Source of the DNA: Phoronis australis
Lineage: Eukaryota > Animalia > Phoronida
Length of the DNA stretch: 64,000 bases
Assembly: GCA_002633005.1 (NCBI GenBank)
Contig: NMRA01000231.1
Span: 443,543-507,542, forward strand
Reading direction: 5' to 3'
Shown: one piece after another, positions 12,481-25,130 of the stretch
Layout of the letters: every line of letters begins with the position of its first letter
Position numbering within the stretch: position 1 is the first letter of the stretch
Notes under the pieces: model-generated
Told to the model about the DNA's origin: nothing
Database searches by the model: none
What the model saw: only the letters and a program-made list of their open reading frames with translations
Program-made: the position numbers and the translations under genes

Positions 12481-15124
12481 ATTAAGCGTGTCCTTGGTCG
12501 GCAATTACCATTTTTTTGACTTAGCGGGTGAACTTTGGACACACAAACATTTAACTGTTCGCTGTTCGTTTACCAGTGGCAACTCCGGTCTTGACATCGG
12601 TTTATCAAATTTTGTTCAACTATTAAATGGAGGTAAAATTGAATCAACCTACAAATACGAAGTGCGTGGCATTACACAAGCCGAAAACCTTATGTTGAAT
12701 TAATGACGGCGTGGTAAAATCAAACGTTAAGTGATATAGCGGAAAAATAATGTCTAACTTTAGATATCAGACTTTTTATGCAGTGCATTATGCATAAAAA
12801 CAAGCACGAAATTTGAAATTTACAGCAAAATTGCATGAAAATCAGAATACAACACTGGATATTTTACGACCTCAAATGTTTTCATGCCGCGGATTGCTCA
12901 ACAAGCAGCACGCATTTACGCTCATCCGTTATTGCTCTTGATCATCACTTCATCACGCTGTATATTGCGCTTTACCACAGATAATTATTGTTTACATTGT
13001 ATTTCTGTATAATTTCTTAATATGTTGGTACGGCAATAGAACCCAAGTTTATTTTAGGAACAATATAAACAATGGTTTGAACATAGCGCCGATATTAAAT
13101 CATGGGCGCATGAAAACGGAAGACTGTGATCGGTTTATAGTGTAATCCATCATCCATCATCATTCTGAATTTGTTGTCACTTTCGCAGTAAAACTTTTTT
13201 CGAAGCTAGAGCCTTCCTATCTAGCCAGCTAGCTGTGAAGACTATTTTCAAAATACAGCAAGGTGCCACTGCGTATTGAGCTCAAACAGACCTCGAAATT
13301 TCACACAGCCCGGATATTTACATGTACGCTTGTCACCTCGTCGAAAAGCTTGTATCAACATGAGCTCAAGACCGGCGAGTTTGCATGCAAACTCTGGAAG
13401 CCAATTGGCATTCAAGTTGCCCGTTACGGCCGTTTTAACGAAAAAACGTACATGTATGTCGTCGTTTTGAAGAGTTCATTCGTGACACGCGCCACTTTCA
13501 AAATGTTTTCGACATCTCCCATTATATGGTGACAACATCTCAGCAAAATTTGGTTCACTGATATCAAAATTCCAAAAACATATAATGAAGTGAAACCAAC
13601 TCTGATCATTTGTCTTGACGTTTACGCAACCTCGAGGGAGAACGTTTGATTGAAGAATCTGGGAAAAAAAAACTGACTAATAGGTGACGCAATATTTCAT
13701 TGCGTCGAAAGTCGACGCAAAAGGTTATACCCTAATTTTAGCAGCAGAATAATTGTAGAAAACCAAATTTTGCAACGCTGGTCAATTATTTAGATTATTC
13801 TAGGAAGATTTTATTCGGTCAGTTTTTACCCACAACGGCGCAAATTTGTATATTTAATTTAGTAAACACCTTCGCATCAAGGCTAGAGCCTTCCGAGCCC
13901 TTTGGCATAAGAACACAATTATTGGCGTTTCGCGTATACTCCAGGGGGTAAAACTTTGAAAATAATATTTTCGGGGTAACCTGGTACAGGTAATCCTAAA
14001 AAACTTGTCTGCGTTTTCATGTAGAGTGTAAAAATTATTAACTAATTATTTAAGAAAACAATAACTGTCGGATTCAAAACCTACAGATCAAACCAGAACC
14101 CAGGAAGGTCCAAGAGATAACAGTGAATTCAAGTACGACTTGTAGACAAAAGTTCTACTGCAGAGGCCGATCTACGGGGGAGGGGGCTTCGTGGGGTTCA
14201 ATCTCCCTAGAACACGATTAAAAATGTAAAAAAAATTACAAAACTGTTGCCAGGAAATCGAAATCAGATATTAAAAAAACAGACAAATCTTACACGGGTG
14301 GTGAGAAACACTGCTCAGTACCAACTAAGCTTATGTTGCTGCCAGGGATAACGTTTTTCAAATTATCGTTGTTGTTACTAACTTAAAGTTGATTCATTAT
14401 TGAATGCTGTCATGAAATCCATGTTCATTTTAAAATTACTTTTAAGGTAGCACGTAGCATAGTACTATTTAAGTAACAGACTTCAGACAGTAATTGTCTG
14501 TGTCAACTTGCTTTGTTTAATATGAGCAACTTCTATGTCCCTTCCAGTATTCACACGATGTTTTGTTTAATAATAATATTTCTGTAGTAAACATGCTGAC
14601 CTCAGAATATGACTGTTCGAGCAGAGCGTCACCGTCGCAAGCGCTATGCGCACGAATAAAAATCATCTGATGATTATTCTGGCCTAGTTCCATCTCAATT
14701 GGTCCACGATTTAAGGTTACCGGGCATAGGTCCTGCCCCAGGGGCGGATTTAATGGGGGCATGCCCCCTAAAATTATCCCAGATTGCATTTAGTAGTTCG
14801 GGAATCCGATTGTCTGACGGGCAAAATCCTGGTTAATACTCTGCCCTGGCCCATCAAAAACTCAAAATCCTGGATCTGCTCCTGTGCCACCCCCTTTGGC
14901 CGCAAAAAAGTAAATTGATACGGAAATAAATGTATTCATTTACTTTTACTATGTTGCGGTTAATAGTGAGCAAGTACTTTGATATGTATACGCGAAAAAT
15001 ATCTCCTCTTAATATCTTAGATATGCCACTGGGTCCCTCGCCATTTTTCTGAGCACAAGTTTTCACTTATAAAGTTTTGTTTCTGGCGTTTATTCTGGGG
15101 CCATATCTCTCCAAGCCTTCGGCT

Positions 15125-15930
15125 TACGTTGACTTGATTTGGCACCAATTTTCTTGTTCTCGACTATGACATTGGCTTTTTCTCTGATCAGTTATGGGAG
15201 GGAGCATTTTTCCTCGTGAGAAAAGCTTTTATCCCTTTTCTCAAATTTCTGCACTCATTCTGCTGCTGTGTGCCCTTGTGTACCAAAGTGATCAAGGTTT
15301 CATTGAAGCACTTCAATACTTTCTTTGTTGTGTTAATCCGGATCAACACAGCAGGGTGGCTTAGATGCTTCACACCTGGGCCCTGTCTCCAATCTTTTTA
15401 CTCGAAATGGAACTCGAAATTAGGTTTGGCATTTTCTACTCAACTTTTGGGAGAACTCAAGATAAGTGCCTATTATTCTATGCTCGAGTACACAATAACT
15501 TACGTAGATAATTTATTGCCCTTAGTTCACAGTTTGTAAACCCAATATTAAAGCAATAAGTTCGAGTTTTAACTCGAAATTTCGAGTTTTTACTCAAGTT
15601 TGTAGCACGAATATAAGGGTCTTCAACTCAAGGGCAAACTTGGACTAGAAACTCCTATGCATAAACTATGATGTATTCGAGCACAGTCTGATAACCAATT
15701 ATCTTAAGTTAGCACAAAAGGAGCAGAGAAATTGCCAAAAATAGTTTCGAGTTCGTTTCGAGTACAAAGATTAGAGACCGGGCCCTGGTTTTACTAAACC
15801 GGTTGCCCGGTCTAACATAACCAGGCTTTCACACTTTTAAAGCACGTTGGTGAAATGCAAGTTAGGTCTAAAATTAGACCAGGATTAGGAAGACCAGGGT
15901 TAAGTCTTAAACCTTTTTTGTTAAACCACC
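15125..15930 (+). repeat. Dispersed repeat (homologue at 30835-31200) interrupted by a MITE
   Basis: gttgacttgatttggcacca...tgatcagtt.tgggaggga...gaagcacttcaata...aaattagacc is shared with 30835-31200. Confidence 0.8.
15379..15784. mobile_element. PIF/Harbinger-type MITE with CTG target duplication
   Basis: TIRs ggccctgtctccaatcttttta.ctcgaaatggaactcgaaa / tttcgagttcgtttcgagtacaaagattagagaccgggcc. The 3-bp TSD CTG is at 15376-15378 and 15785-15787. The homologous copy at ~31083 lacks the insert. Confidence 0.8.
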
Positions 15931-15949
15931 CTAATGAAATCGGCTGGTA

Positions 15950-16730
15950 GGTTCGGTAGGCCAATTTATCGATCGCTGGGGTTTGCATATGTTTGGTGAT
16001 AAATTCGAATCATTCTTCCGGGGAATACAGGCATGGAAGATAGTTGTGCCTTTAGACGTGTAATTTTTTCAGTTGTAAACACACGAAACAGTTGTTATCC
16101 CAGCCTGTGCCTCGAACCCGATCATGCCCGCCGCGGCCGCTGGGACTGGACATCACGAACACAAACCAGCTTAAGTTGGAAACTAAACCTCTAGTCAGGA
16201 AATGGCTATACTAGTGCGCCAAAGAAATAATGTACACGTAATCAATTTAGTGAAATAGCCACGAAACTGAAAATCTACTTACTTGTCGGGGGCCGCGAAG
16301 TCAAGTTGCCCTTTTACAGAACAGTCAGGGCAAAAGTTGTACAGTAACAATGATATGAATAATGTATTTGTATATCTAAATAAAGATTTCCCTAACATGT
16401 GACCATAGCATATAGAATCGAGTTATTGCTTCACAACAGCATTTTTTCAGCATGAGCTCACACGGCCTCGGTGCCTGGTCAATTAACTTTATTGCATCTG
16501 ATGCCGGTAACGCAGTGGTTTATTCATTGTTGGCTTCTCAAAACATTTGCACCCACGAATACATCAAAGGCATTACAAATTGTATCTAATGAGACAGACT
16601 TTGTTTCAGTTTCATATAAGCATTGGTTAGGGTGAGAATAATTCATTTTGAACCAGAACGCAGAATGATAAACGTCAATGGCAACTTGCAATCCCGACTT
16701 AGACGATAGCTCATCCGACGAAGACATCGC
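15950..16730 (-). pseudogene. Degenerate KolX-like (P2X7 C-terminal-like, Cys-rich) accessory gene of a Kolobok transposon
   Basis: Minus-strand remnants read *CIRGCKCFEKPTMN..NHC, LTRHRGRVSSC* and IR...YANPSDR*IG, resembling WCxCGxC..MPT..E..CC, CITxHPGF..CL and IR..YPxPxGxYxGF. Heavily mutated; recognised by eye. Confidence 0.45.
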
Positions 16731-18113
16731 AGGTGGATCGTTAAATTTCACAGGCCATCAGTTCGAAGCAGAATAAAGTGATCAAGAACTACCAGAGAGG
16801 CGCCGTGAACAATCAAAATACACAGGCAACAGAACGTATGGACAGTTCTTTAATTGGTAAGCCGGCATTCGTCAGACTCACTGTCGACAACTGCAGGCCA
16901 CATACTCGGAGATTTTTCACAGCCTCATACAGTGTACTTGCTATTAACAGTGTACTTTTCATTCTTCACTATCGCAAGCCACTTCCACTTCAGACTATCG
17001 AGAAAGTAAAAAAGATATACCCACTTTCCTCGCAGCTGCATAGTTCGGACAAACGGGAACGATGCACTGCAATATAGTGGCATTCACTCTGCAAATGAAC
17101 CACTGACGTCGCTGCGTCGTTTCTCATTTTCCTCACAGGTTAACGCGACACCTCTCGGCAACATTACGGCGTTTTGCCGTTGCTCCCAACTTGTTCAGTG
17201 CTATAGCCCAACAACAAGTTGGGAAGTTTACCCCTGTAGCCAACATCTTACAAGACTGATTAACTCCATTCTGGCATTTAAGGTTGGAGGGCCAGCTCTC
17301 TGTTGTTCGATAATTGCTCTAATCTCCAATAAGATGGTATCTACACTGACTGGGCTGTGCTGTTAAACATAAAAGTTAAGTAATAACATATTTGAACATA
17401 ACCCAGTAGCATTTCTGAAATCTTCGTCAAATGGTGATCATGTTTAATTTTTGAATCGCCTAAATCACCCAACTGCAACCAAGTTACGACAATCTATTCT
17501 TACCGAATACACCAATTCTCTTACATGTAGAGTTTGACTGTGTTCACACGTGGTCTATAATAAACAGATAAAAGAATGTGCTTGGTAGTTAACAAAGAAG
17601 CTAGATGTTATCACATGCTCAGAACCCCCTAAATCTGGTATAGTCACTGAACGGGAAAACGCTGTCATGATGTAAGGTCAACCGTATGCGAGGCGATGTG
17701 GATATAGACCGATTAAGACAGTAAAAATTATAATTAAATCGGGTAGCATTCTCCTCTAAAAGAGACATATGTTAAAGTGGTTGATTCAAAGTTGTTTAGT
17801 TGTAGGAAATATATATGCACATGTGTTGGCTGTTACTAAAGTTTACTGATAAACCACATTTCTTTTCATTTCATACCTCATATTCGTCTAGAATTTGTTT
17901 AGAAACGCTCCCATTTCCCAAAAAAATTTGAGAACGCAAAATTTTAACTTTTGTCTATCTTTGGAAAAACGTCACAACAGGTTTCGAAAAGGGAAGTGAC
18001 CCGATCATTGCCGAGTCCACAGTCTAATACTCTCTGCCAAGAGGACTTACTTTTGTTTTTTTCAAATTTAGACGGATTTTTAGATTGAAACTAGAGTAAA
18101 TATTTAAAAAAGA

Positions 18114-18295
18114 ATGCCTGACCGTTGTGTAGTTGGAGGCTTTGACAATACGCCAAGGGCTGGGGTAGCTTTGCACAAGTTTCCCACTGATCCAAGACTG
18201 CGTCGCAAGTGAGAAGACTGCGAAGTCCAGTAGTGGAGCGTCGCCCTGTTCGGTAGTATGTAGTAAACGTATTTCTATGGCCTGCTTCGAGAACG
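18114..18295 (+). pseudogene. THAP domain pseudogene (transposase N-terminus)
   Basis: MPDRCVVGGFDNTPRAGVALHKFPTDPRLRRK*...VVCSK..F..ACFE fits the THAP consensus (C-xxxx-C, LHxFP, W, CSxHF), with a stop and a frameshift. Confidence 0.75.
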
Positions 18296-18668
18296 ACAGC
18301 CTGCCAGCCGAGTATATTTGTAAAGCAGGATGAGTAAACTTTCAGAGATTATTCGAAACGGTATTTGCCGTCACTTTCCAGAAGCTAGTGGGCCTTGAGC
18401 TAGTATTGAGCCTAACATTCAAAATGGCGGATAGCATCGACAAAAACTGTTGGACAGTGCTAGAAGTAGCCAGCAGGTTGCTTTCCTTTTGAATTACGAT
18501 TTTTGCAACATACCGATAAGGGGTGTTTGTAGGTGGGTGTGCTGAATAGCTTGATGCTCGTTACCTGTCGTTGCAATCCATTGAATTTCGCCTAGTTGAT
18601 CGCTAGCTGGACTGAATGAACAGTAAGAGTAAGGATGTCCAACCATTTTTTTGATTTGCAGAAAACCT

Positions 18669-19620
18669 CGGAAAGGTAATGCATCCCACTCAATAAAAAT
18701 TGAAAAAATATCAAAATCGGTTTAAGCAGTTAAAATTTATTTCAATATTAGTGGCGAAATTTGGGTCATTTGTTTGGATCAGCTCGGCCATCTTGGACAA
18801 CAGTGGCATAAGTTACGAGTTTAAAAAGGTATATAAATTATTTTCGCCAATAATTTACGATGGATTTTAGTAAGAAATATCTATACCTATAATTCAGAGC
18901 GATTCAATAGTTTTCACTAGACTTCGACCACGCAGACGTTACTTATTGAGTGATAAAATTCCTCACAATTCCCGTTTCTGGTGGCACCGACAATATGGCG
19001 ACTTACGCTGAACTGAAGGGCATTTCCAATCACCTATTTTGTAATTGGTGAAGATGCAACTTTGATACATTTTGATGAAAGCTGCTGTAAAAAACAACTT
19101 TGCACAATGATTACGTTTTTGTGCAAAAACATAAGGAATATTCTAATTATTTTAGTGTGAAAATCCCATTCAGATGACCATACACTCAGCTTAAAAATAA
19201 ATGTAGTTGAAAACGCTTTGAAGTCGTTTTTTCTTTGAAAGCCAATTGCGCTGCAAGGTTTGATTATGTGTCACAGCATAATTCATATTTTTTCTAAATT
19301 TTACATACGAATCGTTATTTTAATACATGCGTTGAACCTTTAAACTTTCTTAATTAAAGTTTTCAAGGTATCAACATGTAAAGGCTCTTAATTAGAGTAA
19401 TAGGCTATGTTGGATTATGAAGCTTCCAGCCTCTAACCCTTTTTCCATGCAACGTCTAATTTTTTCAAATCATGCTTGTCGAATTCTAGTGTAAGGGAAC
19501 ACCTGGTGGCCATGGTAATAGTTTGGCATATCCACTTTCACAGCATGTAAATTTATCGTGTTGTTCGATATACATGTAGTTTGCAATGCTTAAATGTTCT
19601 AAAGTAATGTGTTATCTGAG
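18669..19620 (+). repeat. Dispersed ~900-bp repeat, copy 2
   Basis: Colinear with 7178-8060. Confidence 0.85.
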
Positions 19621-21796
19621 TAGGAGAATAATCATTTTGGCTTGCATATCAAGTTTACTGTACCGAGGGTGTTTCAGTTTTGACCATCTACCTTCACCTG
19701 CATTGAAAGTTTTTCACTGTAGAAATCAAATATGTAATTTCGACTGAAAACACTTGATTACAATTTGAACTGTGGATTAAATCGTAATCGTCCTCTGATT
19801 TGTTCTTTGATTTCTATTACTCAGTGACCAAAGCACGATAGAATTAGCTTGCCATAATGAACGCCTGGAATAGTATGCTCACTGGCATTTTCAGGTAATA
19901 TTTCTTTATGCTTGGTTTTTTGTTCTTATTTCAATTAACACACGGATTTAAAAAACGAAGTTCAGAAGACTTCCATTTCACGTGTTCTTATAATTATGTC
20001 ATTGAGATTGCCACCTCCACTCAACTTTCAATTATAAATGTGGTTAAATTTACAAGTGACATCCTTCCTACTCACTGCTGGGAATGTAACAAGTACACTA
20101 TTGGCCCAGGGCGCTTAGAAAAAACTGCTTCAGGAAGGGGTCGCTTATTAAAGCCCCAAAGTGGTTAAAACCCGGTCTCCGAAACAGGTGAAATCGTAAG
20201 CTAAAATCCATCAAATTTACCCCCTGTGACTCATCTGTAACCTATGACAGTATTTTTACAAACTTGCAGTGCATTGATATCAAACTTTTTTGTTAAATTA
20301 CGATCATTTTTCAGAAAATCCCAGTGCGACAACTCGGCGACTGATGCGTCGCTGCCTCGCAATCGCCAATAGGTTAATTTGAATTCTTCAGTAAAAATAT
20401 AGTTTCGAATCAACAAATTACCTGAAGTCGTTCTTAAGTTTTCAAAATAGCGTCCTTAAGATTTTTAAGTTCCTGTGGAGTCGGAATTAACAGCATATTA
20501 AGTCCAAATCTGCACGAGATCGTACTCCGTTACCCGAGAAAAACCTCTGGACGAACACACATGTTTTTGTCACGTGATGTTTGTTTTGAAGTTCGTCTCC
20601 GTATTGGGTGAGTGAGCGAGCGCGTGCGTGTCATCCAATGAGAGTTCATTTGCCTCAGTGAACGCGATGTAATGATCTAGGTGTTTGTAACTAAGGAAAT
20701 TAACACAAGCAGTAAAGCAGATCGTGTTTTATTTTGCACTTGGTGATCTCATCTGCTAAAAAACGTTCGAGAATTGTCTCGGTAAGGTCCATGTCATTGA
20801 GTCGCCGGGTAACTGGATGCGTGACAGTTGTAACAGTTATTTTTCGGGAGATTCGGGGGTGTAAGGGTGCGGAAGTGTTCACTACAGTGGGTCTTTTTGA
20901 CTTTAAAAACACCAATTCCCCCTTACAAATATCGCAAACGTTTTTACGGTATTAGAAAATTTCGGAAATACATAAGTGCCGGTATGTATATGCGCTAACT
21001 GCGAAGCGATACCGAAGCTAGTTTAGAGTGAAACAACACGTGTAGGTGAGGTAAAAGGTCATGCGTATTGTGACAAACTATACGACTACAGGTAGCTATA
21101 AATACAACAGCATAGGCGGATTTAGGGGGGGGGGGAGCAGGGGGCCCGCCCCTCCCTTGGCTGCAGCAAAAAAATAAAACAGCAAGAGTGTAGGGAAATG
21201 TTGAGTTTATTAATTAACCCCGACTGCGACTGAAGCAAGACTTAAATGTGTGCAGTTTTAATATTGAGGGGGAAGGGCTCAGATCCAATTTCAAGTATCA
21301 AATTCGTAACACGGCGCAATCGTAACGGAACTATGGCAAAGTGTAGGCTCTCCCGCGATATCTCAGGCGACCGGCAGTGGCGCTAGGCACCAGAACTCCA
21401 TTTCCGTCGTCTGCTCCACTGTGCAATGAAGAAAATTACATTTTTTCAAGGAACTGGTATCTGAGTGTCGGTGAAATAACAGAAGCTGCTGGAAAGATGT
21501 CAATTTTAATCGAAGCTTTAGTGAATTACTCAGAAACTCATAATTCTCTCGTTGTCAAACCTTAACTTCAGACGATTTCCAAAGCAACCGCGTCATTATT
21601 GTCAACACAAAAACGGATTTGATCTGTTGGGCAATTGAAGACTATTTTAAATACAACAAATTTGTTACGAACTGATTGCACAAAATATAAAACATGTAAT
21701 AACCATTACAAAAAGAAGGAGTTTTCGCGCGCAAACACTGTGGACCATAAATAAGTACATGTAGGTCTCTTAGTATCAAATTAGGAGTTAAATCGT

Positions 21797-21855
21797 GGTG
21801 GTTCAGTGGTTATGCACCCGCGCTTTATCCGCTGGGTCGTGAGTTCGAGTCTGTG
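21797..21855 (+). repeat. Degenerate tRNA-derived SINE head
   Basis: A-box-like tggttcagtgg and B-box-like gagttcgagtc at tRNA-like spacing. Confidence 0.4.
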
Positions 21856-24419
21856 GTACTTGCAGTTTTTGCTTGTTGACACATTATTCGTTTCTTTTGC
21901 CTTTTTTTCTTGGATAATACTTCTGGAATCAAGGAAAATGCTTGATTTTTAGAGGAAAAAACAGAAAAAAATCTTGGGCGAACCCCCCTCCCGACCTCCC
22001 CCATTCGATGCTATACGCATCTGCAATCGTGCTTGGAGCAAATGTTTAAAGACAAAATGTTGGGCCCCCTTGTGATATCCTAGATCCGCCACTGCAAAGT
22101 TAAATAATATGTTGAGCTGTAAAGGTGGAGGACAACTGGCCGGACAAACAGCACTACGGGAGGTCCAATGAAGCAATGAAGGAATACACAAGTGTTGAAC
22201 TAGAAAGATAAGTAACAATATGCGGAAGCAACACCGCAACACCGGGACATCGACATGGGTAAATTAAGTGTAAAGAGAAGGAAAGAAAATTGTTTGAGGG
22301 AGGGAGCAAAATAGGAATTAAGTGAAAACTCGAACATCGCAGAGAAGTATGGACGGGTCCCAGTCGCGCGACAAAACAAAACGCTCAATTGGTACAATCA
22401 ATTAAACCAATAATCGTCACTGACCCGACAATCCAAACACTATGATAATGAGGACGAAAAAGTGTAGCTTACATAAAATAATTTAATCTCAACGTCCTTA
22501 GGGATTGTAAAACAGACAGTTGAGTGTACGACTTTTTCTAGACATTCGAGGAACGCAGAATACAACCCAGTATGCCTATAAGGCAACAGTGTTATCGTAA
22601 TGAGCCTCGTTTTGGAGCACGCCTCCTGTAGGCGTGAATAATGACATAGAGGCAAGGCTCGTGGGGGCCCTTCTAGGTGCAGGAGCGCTTCTTAGGGCGA
22701 ATATGGTTTGTGCTTGACACTGGAATAGTGGCACTGAAATAAACAACACAAGCAGGCACACCGACTGAGATGGCTAGTTTATCTGTTCTGCCTCCTGTTT
22801 ATCTGACAAGTATGTAATGGCGTGACCCCAATATGGCGCTCCCCAGGTATTTGGCTGTTTCCGTAATGGAATCTGTCTATTAGTTTATTAATTTATTGAT
22901 AGTGCGTGACCTGCTTCCTGACGAATACATTACGTTACTCCATGTGGAGAATTTCTCGCTTACACTTTTTACCTCTCTGAATCCATAAGCCCCAGGCATT
23001 TTTACCACCTCTATTAATTCACGCCCTTTGTATTGATGTAGATCTGAGCTAATGAAGTGGAAAGGTAATTGCTAGCACTACTTTCTTAACAGTGGTGGCC
23101 GTTATTACTCTCAAATTGTTTTTCTTTGGCGTTTGCACAGAGTTTAAGCCTGCAATACGGAGAGCAGTTTTAAGTAGGTACATTTTAAATTTTACAAAAA
23201 GACTAAAAAGTTGATTTGTGTTGATCTTGACAGAGGGCCACTTCACAAAGGAACGTTGGTTTTTAAATTGTTTCATACGTGTTTTCATTACTTTATTTTA
23301 ATACTTCTGTCTACTTGTTTTTTACCAGTTAGGGTTGCTATCTTTTTATTTTGTGTTTAACCGAAGCACCAAAACAACTTAGAAGTCAGTTAATTGTGAA
23401 CCCATCCCTAGATTCTCCAGATTACAGGTACACCAAACCTGTCACAGCAAACAAAGCTACACGTATCATTAGTTCAATTTTAATTTTTATTAGAAATAAA
23501 ATCATAAAATATATACAAATGTACACAAATGGTGATAGCCAAATTGAAGATTTGGAAGCTCTAGACAATTCTGCTTGCAGGAACAACGTGACTATTCTAG
23601 CTTTTCCTCAGATATAAAAAATGAAATCACAGCTCTTTCCCACTGCTTGCACTCTCTTGTTGATTACAAAGCTAGCCATCTTAGTTGTCTTCACAGGTGT
23701 TCCATTACAATTACAAGCTAACTATCGAAATTGACGCATTTCCGAGAAAAGCAGTTTTCCGTTTAGTGTACTATCCCTGGAGTAAAGTAGTTCGGAATGC
23801 ACTGGGTCATAAGTGATGTTTAAAAAATTATTGACATCTAATTTAGTCACTGTGTTGTTTATAGATGTTTCAATGTACTTAGTTGTATATTGAAAGAATA
23901 ATCCACGTGATATTGTTAACTCTGATAAGCGTTTGTACATCACCGAGTATATCAATACGCAGTTGTTTTGTCTTTAATCGTACCCAATGTTTGTAGTTTT
24001 TAAAAATCGAAAACCAAACTTGGTTGTTATTTTTTCATCTGAATACAGCTGTGGTATTTGTTTCTAACGAAAATTGTTGGTAAATAAATTTTGAAAATTC
24101 ACCAGTATGTGCAGGCAGAGGTGTTCACTACAGGCTAGGTAGGAATCAGTGGTTTTTAGCTACAGATTATAATCGCGTAATTGCACTTAACTAGGTCTGG
24201 CTCACACCGGACAATGCAGTCATCGCAACCAAGTCCGACTCTGGCGCCGCGCTCTCTTTGATCCCGGTAAGAGCCGATCTGACGGACGAGTGGAAAAAAG
24301 TCACGCATATCTTTACAAATGCGTGACTTTCGTGTAAGAGTATTATTCACGGCATGTCTACAGCCATCTTGCATTGTCATTCTATATGTTGTCTAAACGA
24401 AAAATTGGTATTGTTGAAG

Positions 24420-25130
24420 AAGGCAAGTTTATATCCACATGATCATACAGTCTTTACAACAGTAGGCACAAACGCATGATGCAGAATCTGAGGTTGCAGG
24501 TGACAAAAAGGCAATGACAAGGATTAACAACAGCTCTGAATGCCTGCACGATGACTGTAGTGACATCTGTATGAAGACACTCAGTTTTAAAATCATTCTA
24601 AATCCTCTATGCAGAAAACTCAGACTTGTGTATATATGAATCTGGAGCAGACATTGAGTCGACAGATGAAATCATACAAAGGCAAATTTAGAGGAGACGA
24701 GGGGCTCAGATCCCCTGATGGACTTGGAAGGGGTAACTAGACAAAATACTGGCTTACAATTATACTGATGGTTGTAAGACAAGTGTGTTGGTGGTTGTAA
24801 ATCATTTGTGTCATGTGCACACGCAATAAGCCTTTTGAAATAGACAAGCAAGTTCAGTGAAGGTAGTTTCTTGTGAAACTTGTTCTTGGTCATATAATAT
24901 CCCAGTTGACCTATGTAACAACGGGTATTTGGTCCTGGATGAGGAGATACATGTTTTATTATGACTATGAGTTTTGAATAGGCAAGCCTGGAATGCTGCA
25001 TTAAGGGCATGAAAATAAATTGTTTTAGGGCAATCAAAATAGGGTCTTTGGAAATAGTTATTGCTCTCCACACCAAAATGATACCCAAAATTTCAGCCAG
25101 CAACTGGAGATAGATTGCAGTTATACAAAT
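24420..25130. pseudogene. Degenerate ISL2EU/PIF-Harbinger-group remnant (DDE_Tnp_4 on -, YqaJ-like on +)
   Basis: Minus strand 25130-24800 reads LAEILGIILVW..ISKDPILIAL.KQF...YSKLIVII....YY..KNKF, like a DDE_Tnp_4 N-terminus. Plus strand ~24640-24730 reads YESG...G..SPDGL, like YqaJ GASPDG. Highly decayed. Confidence 0.4.
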
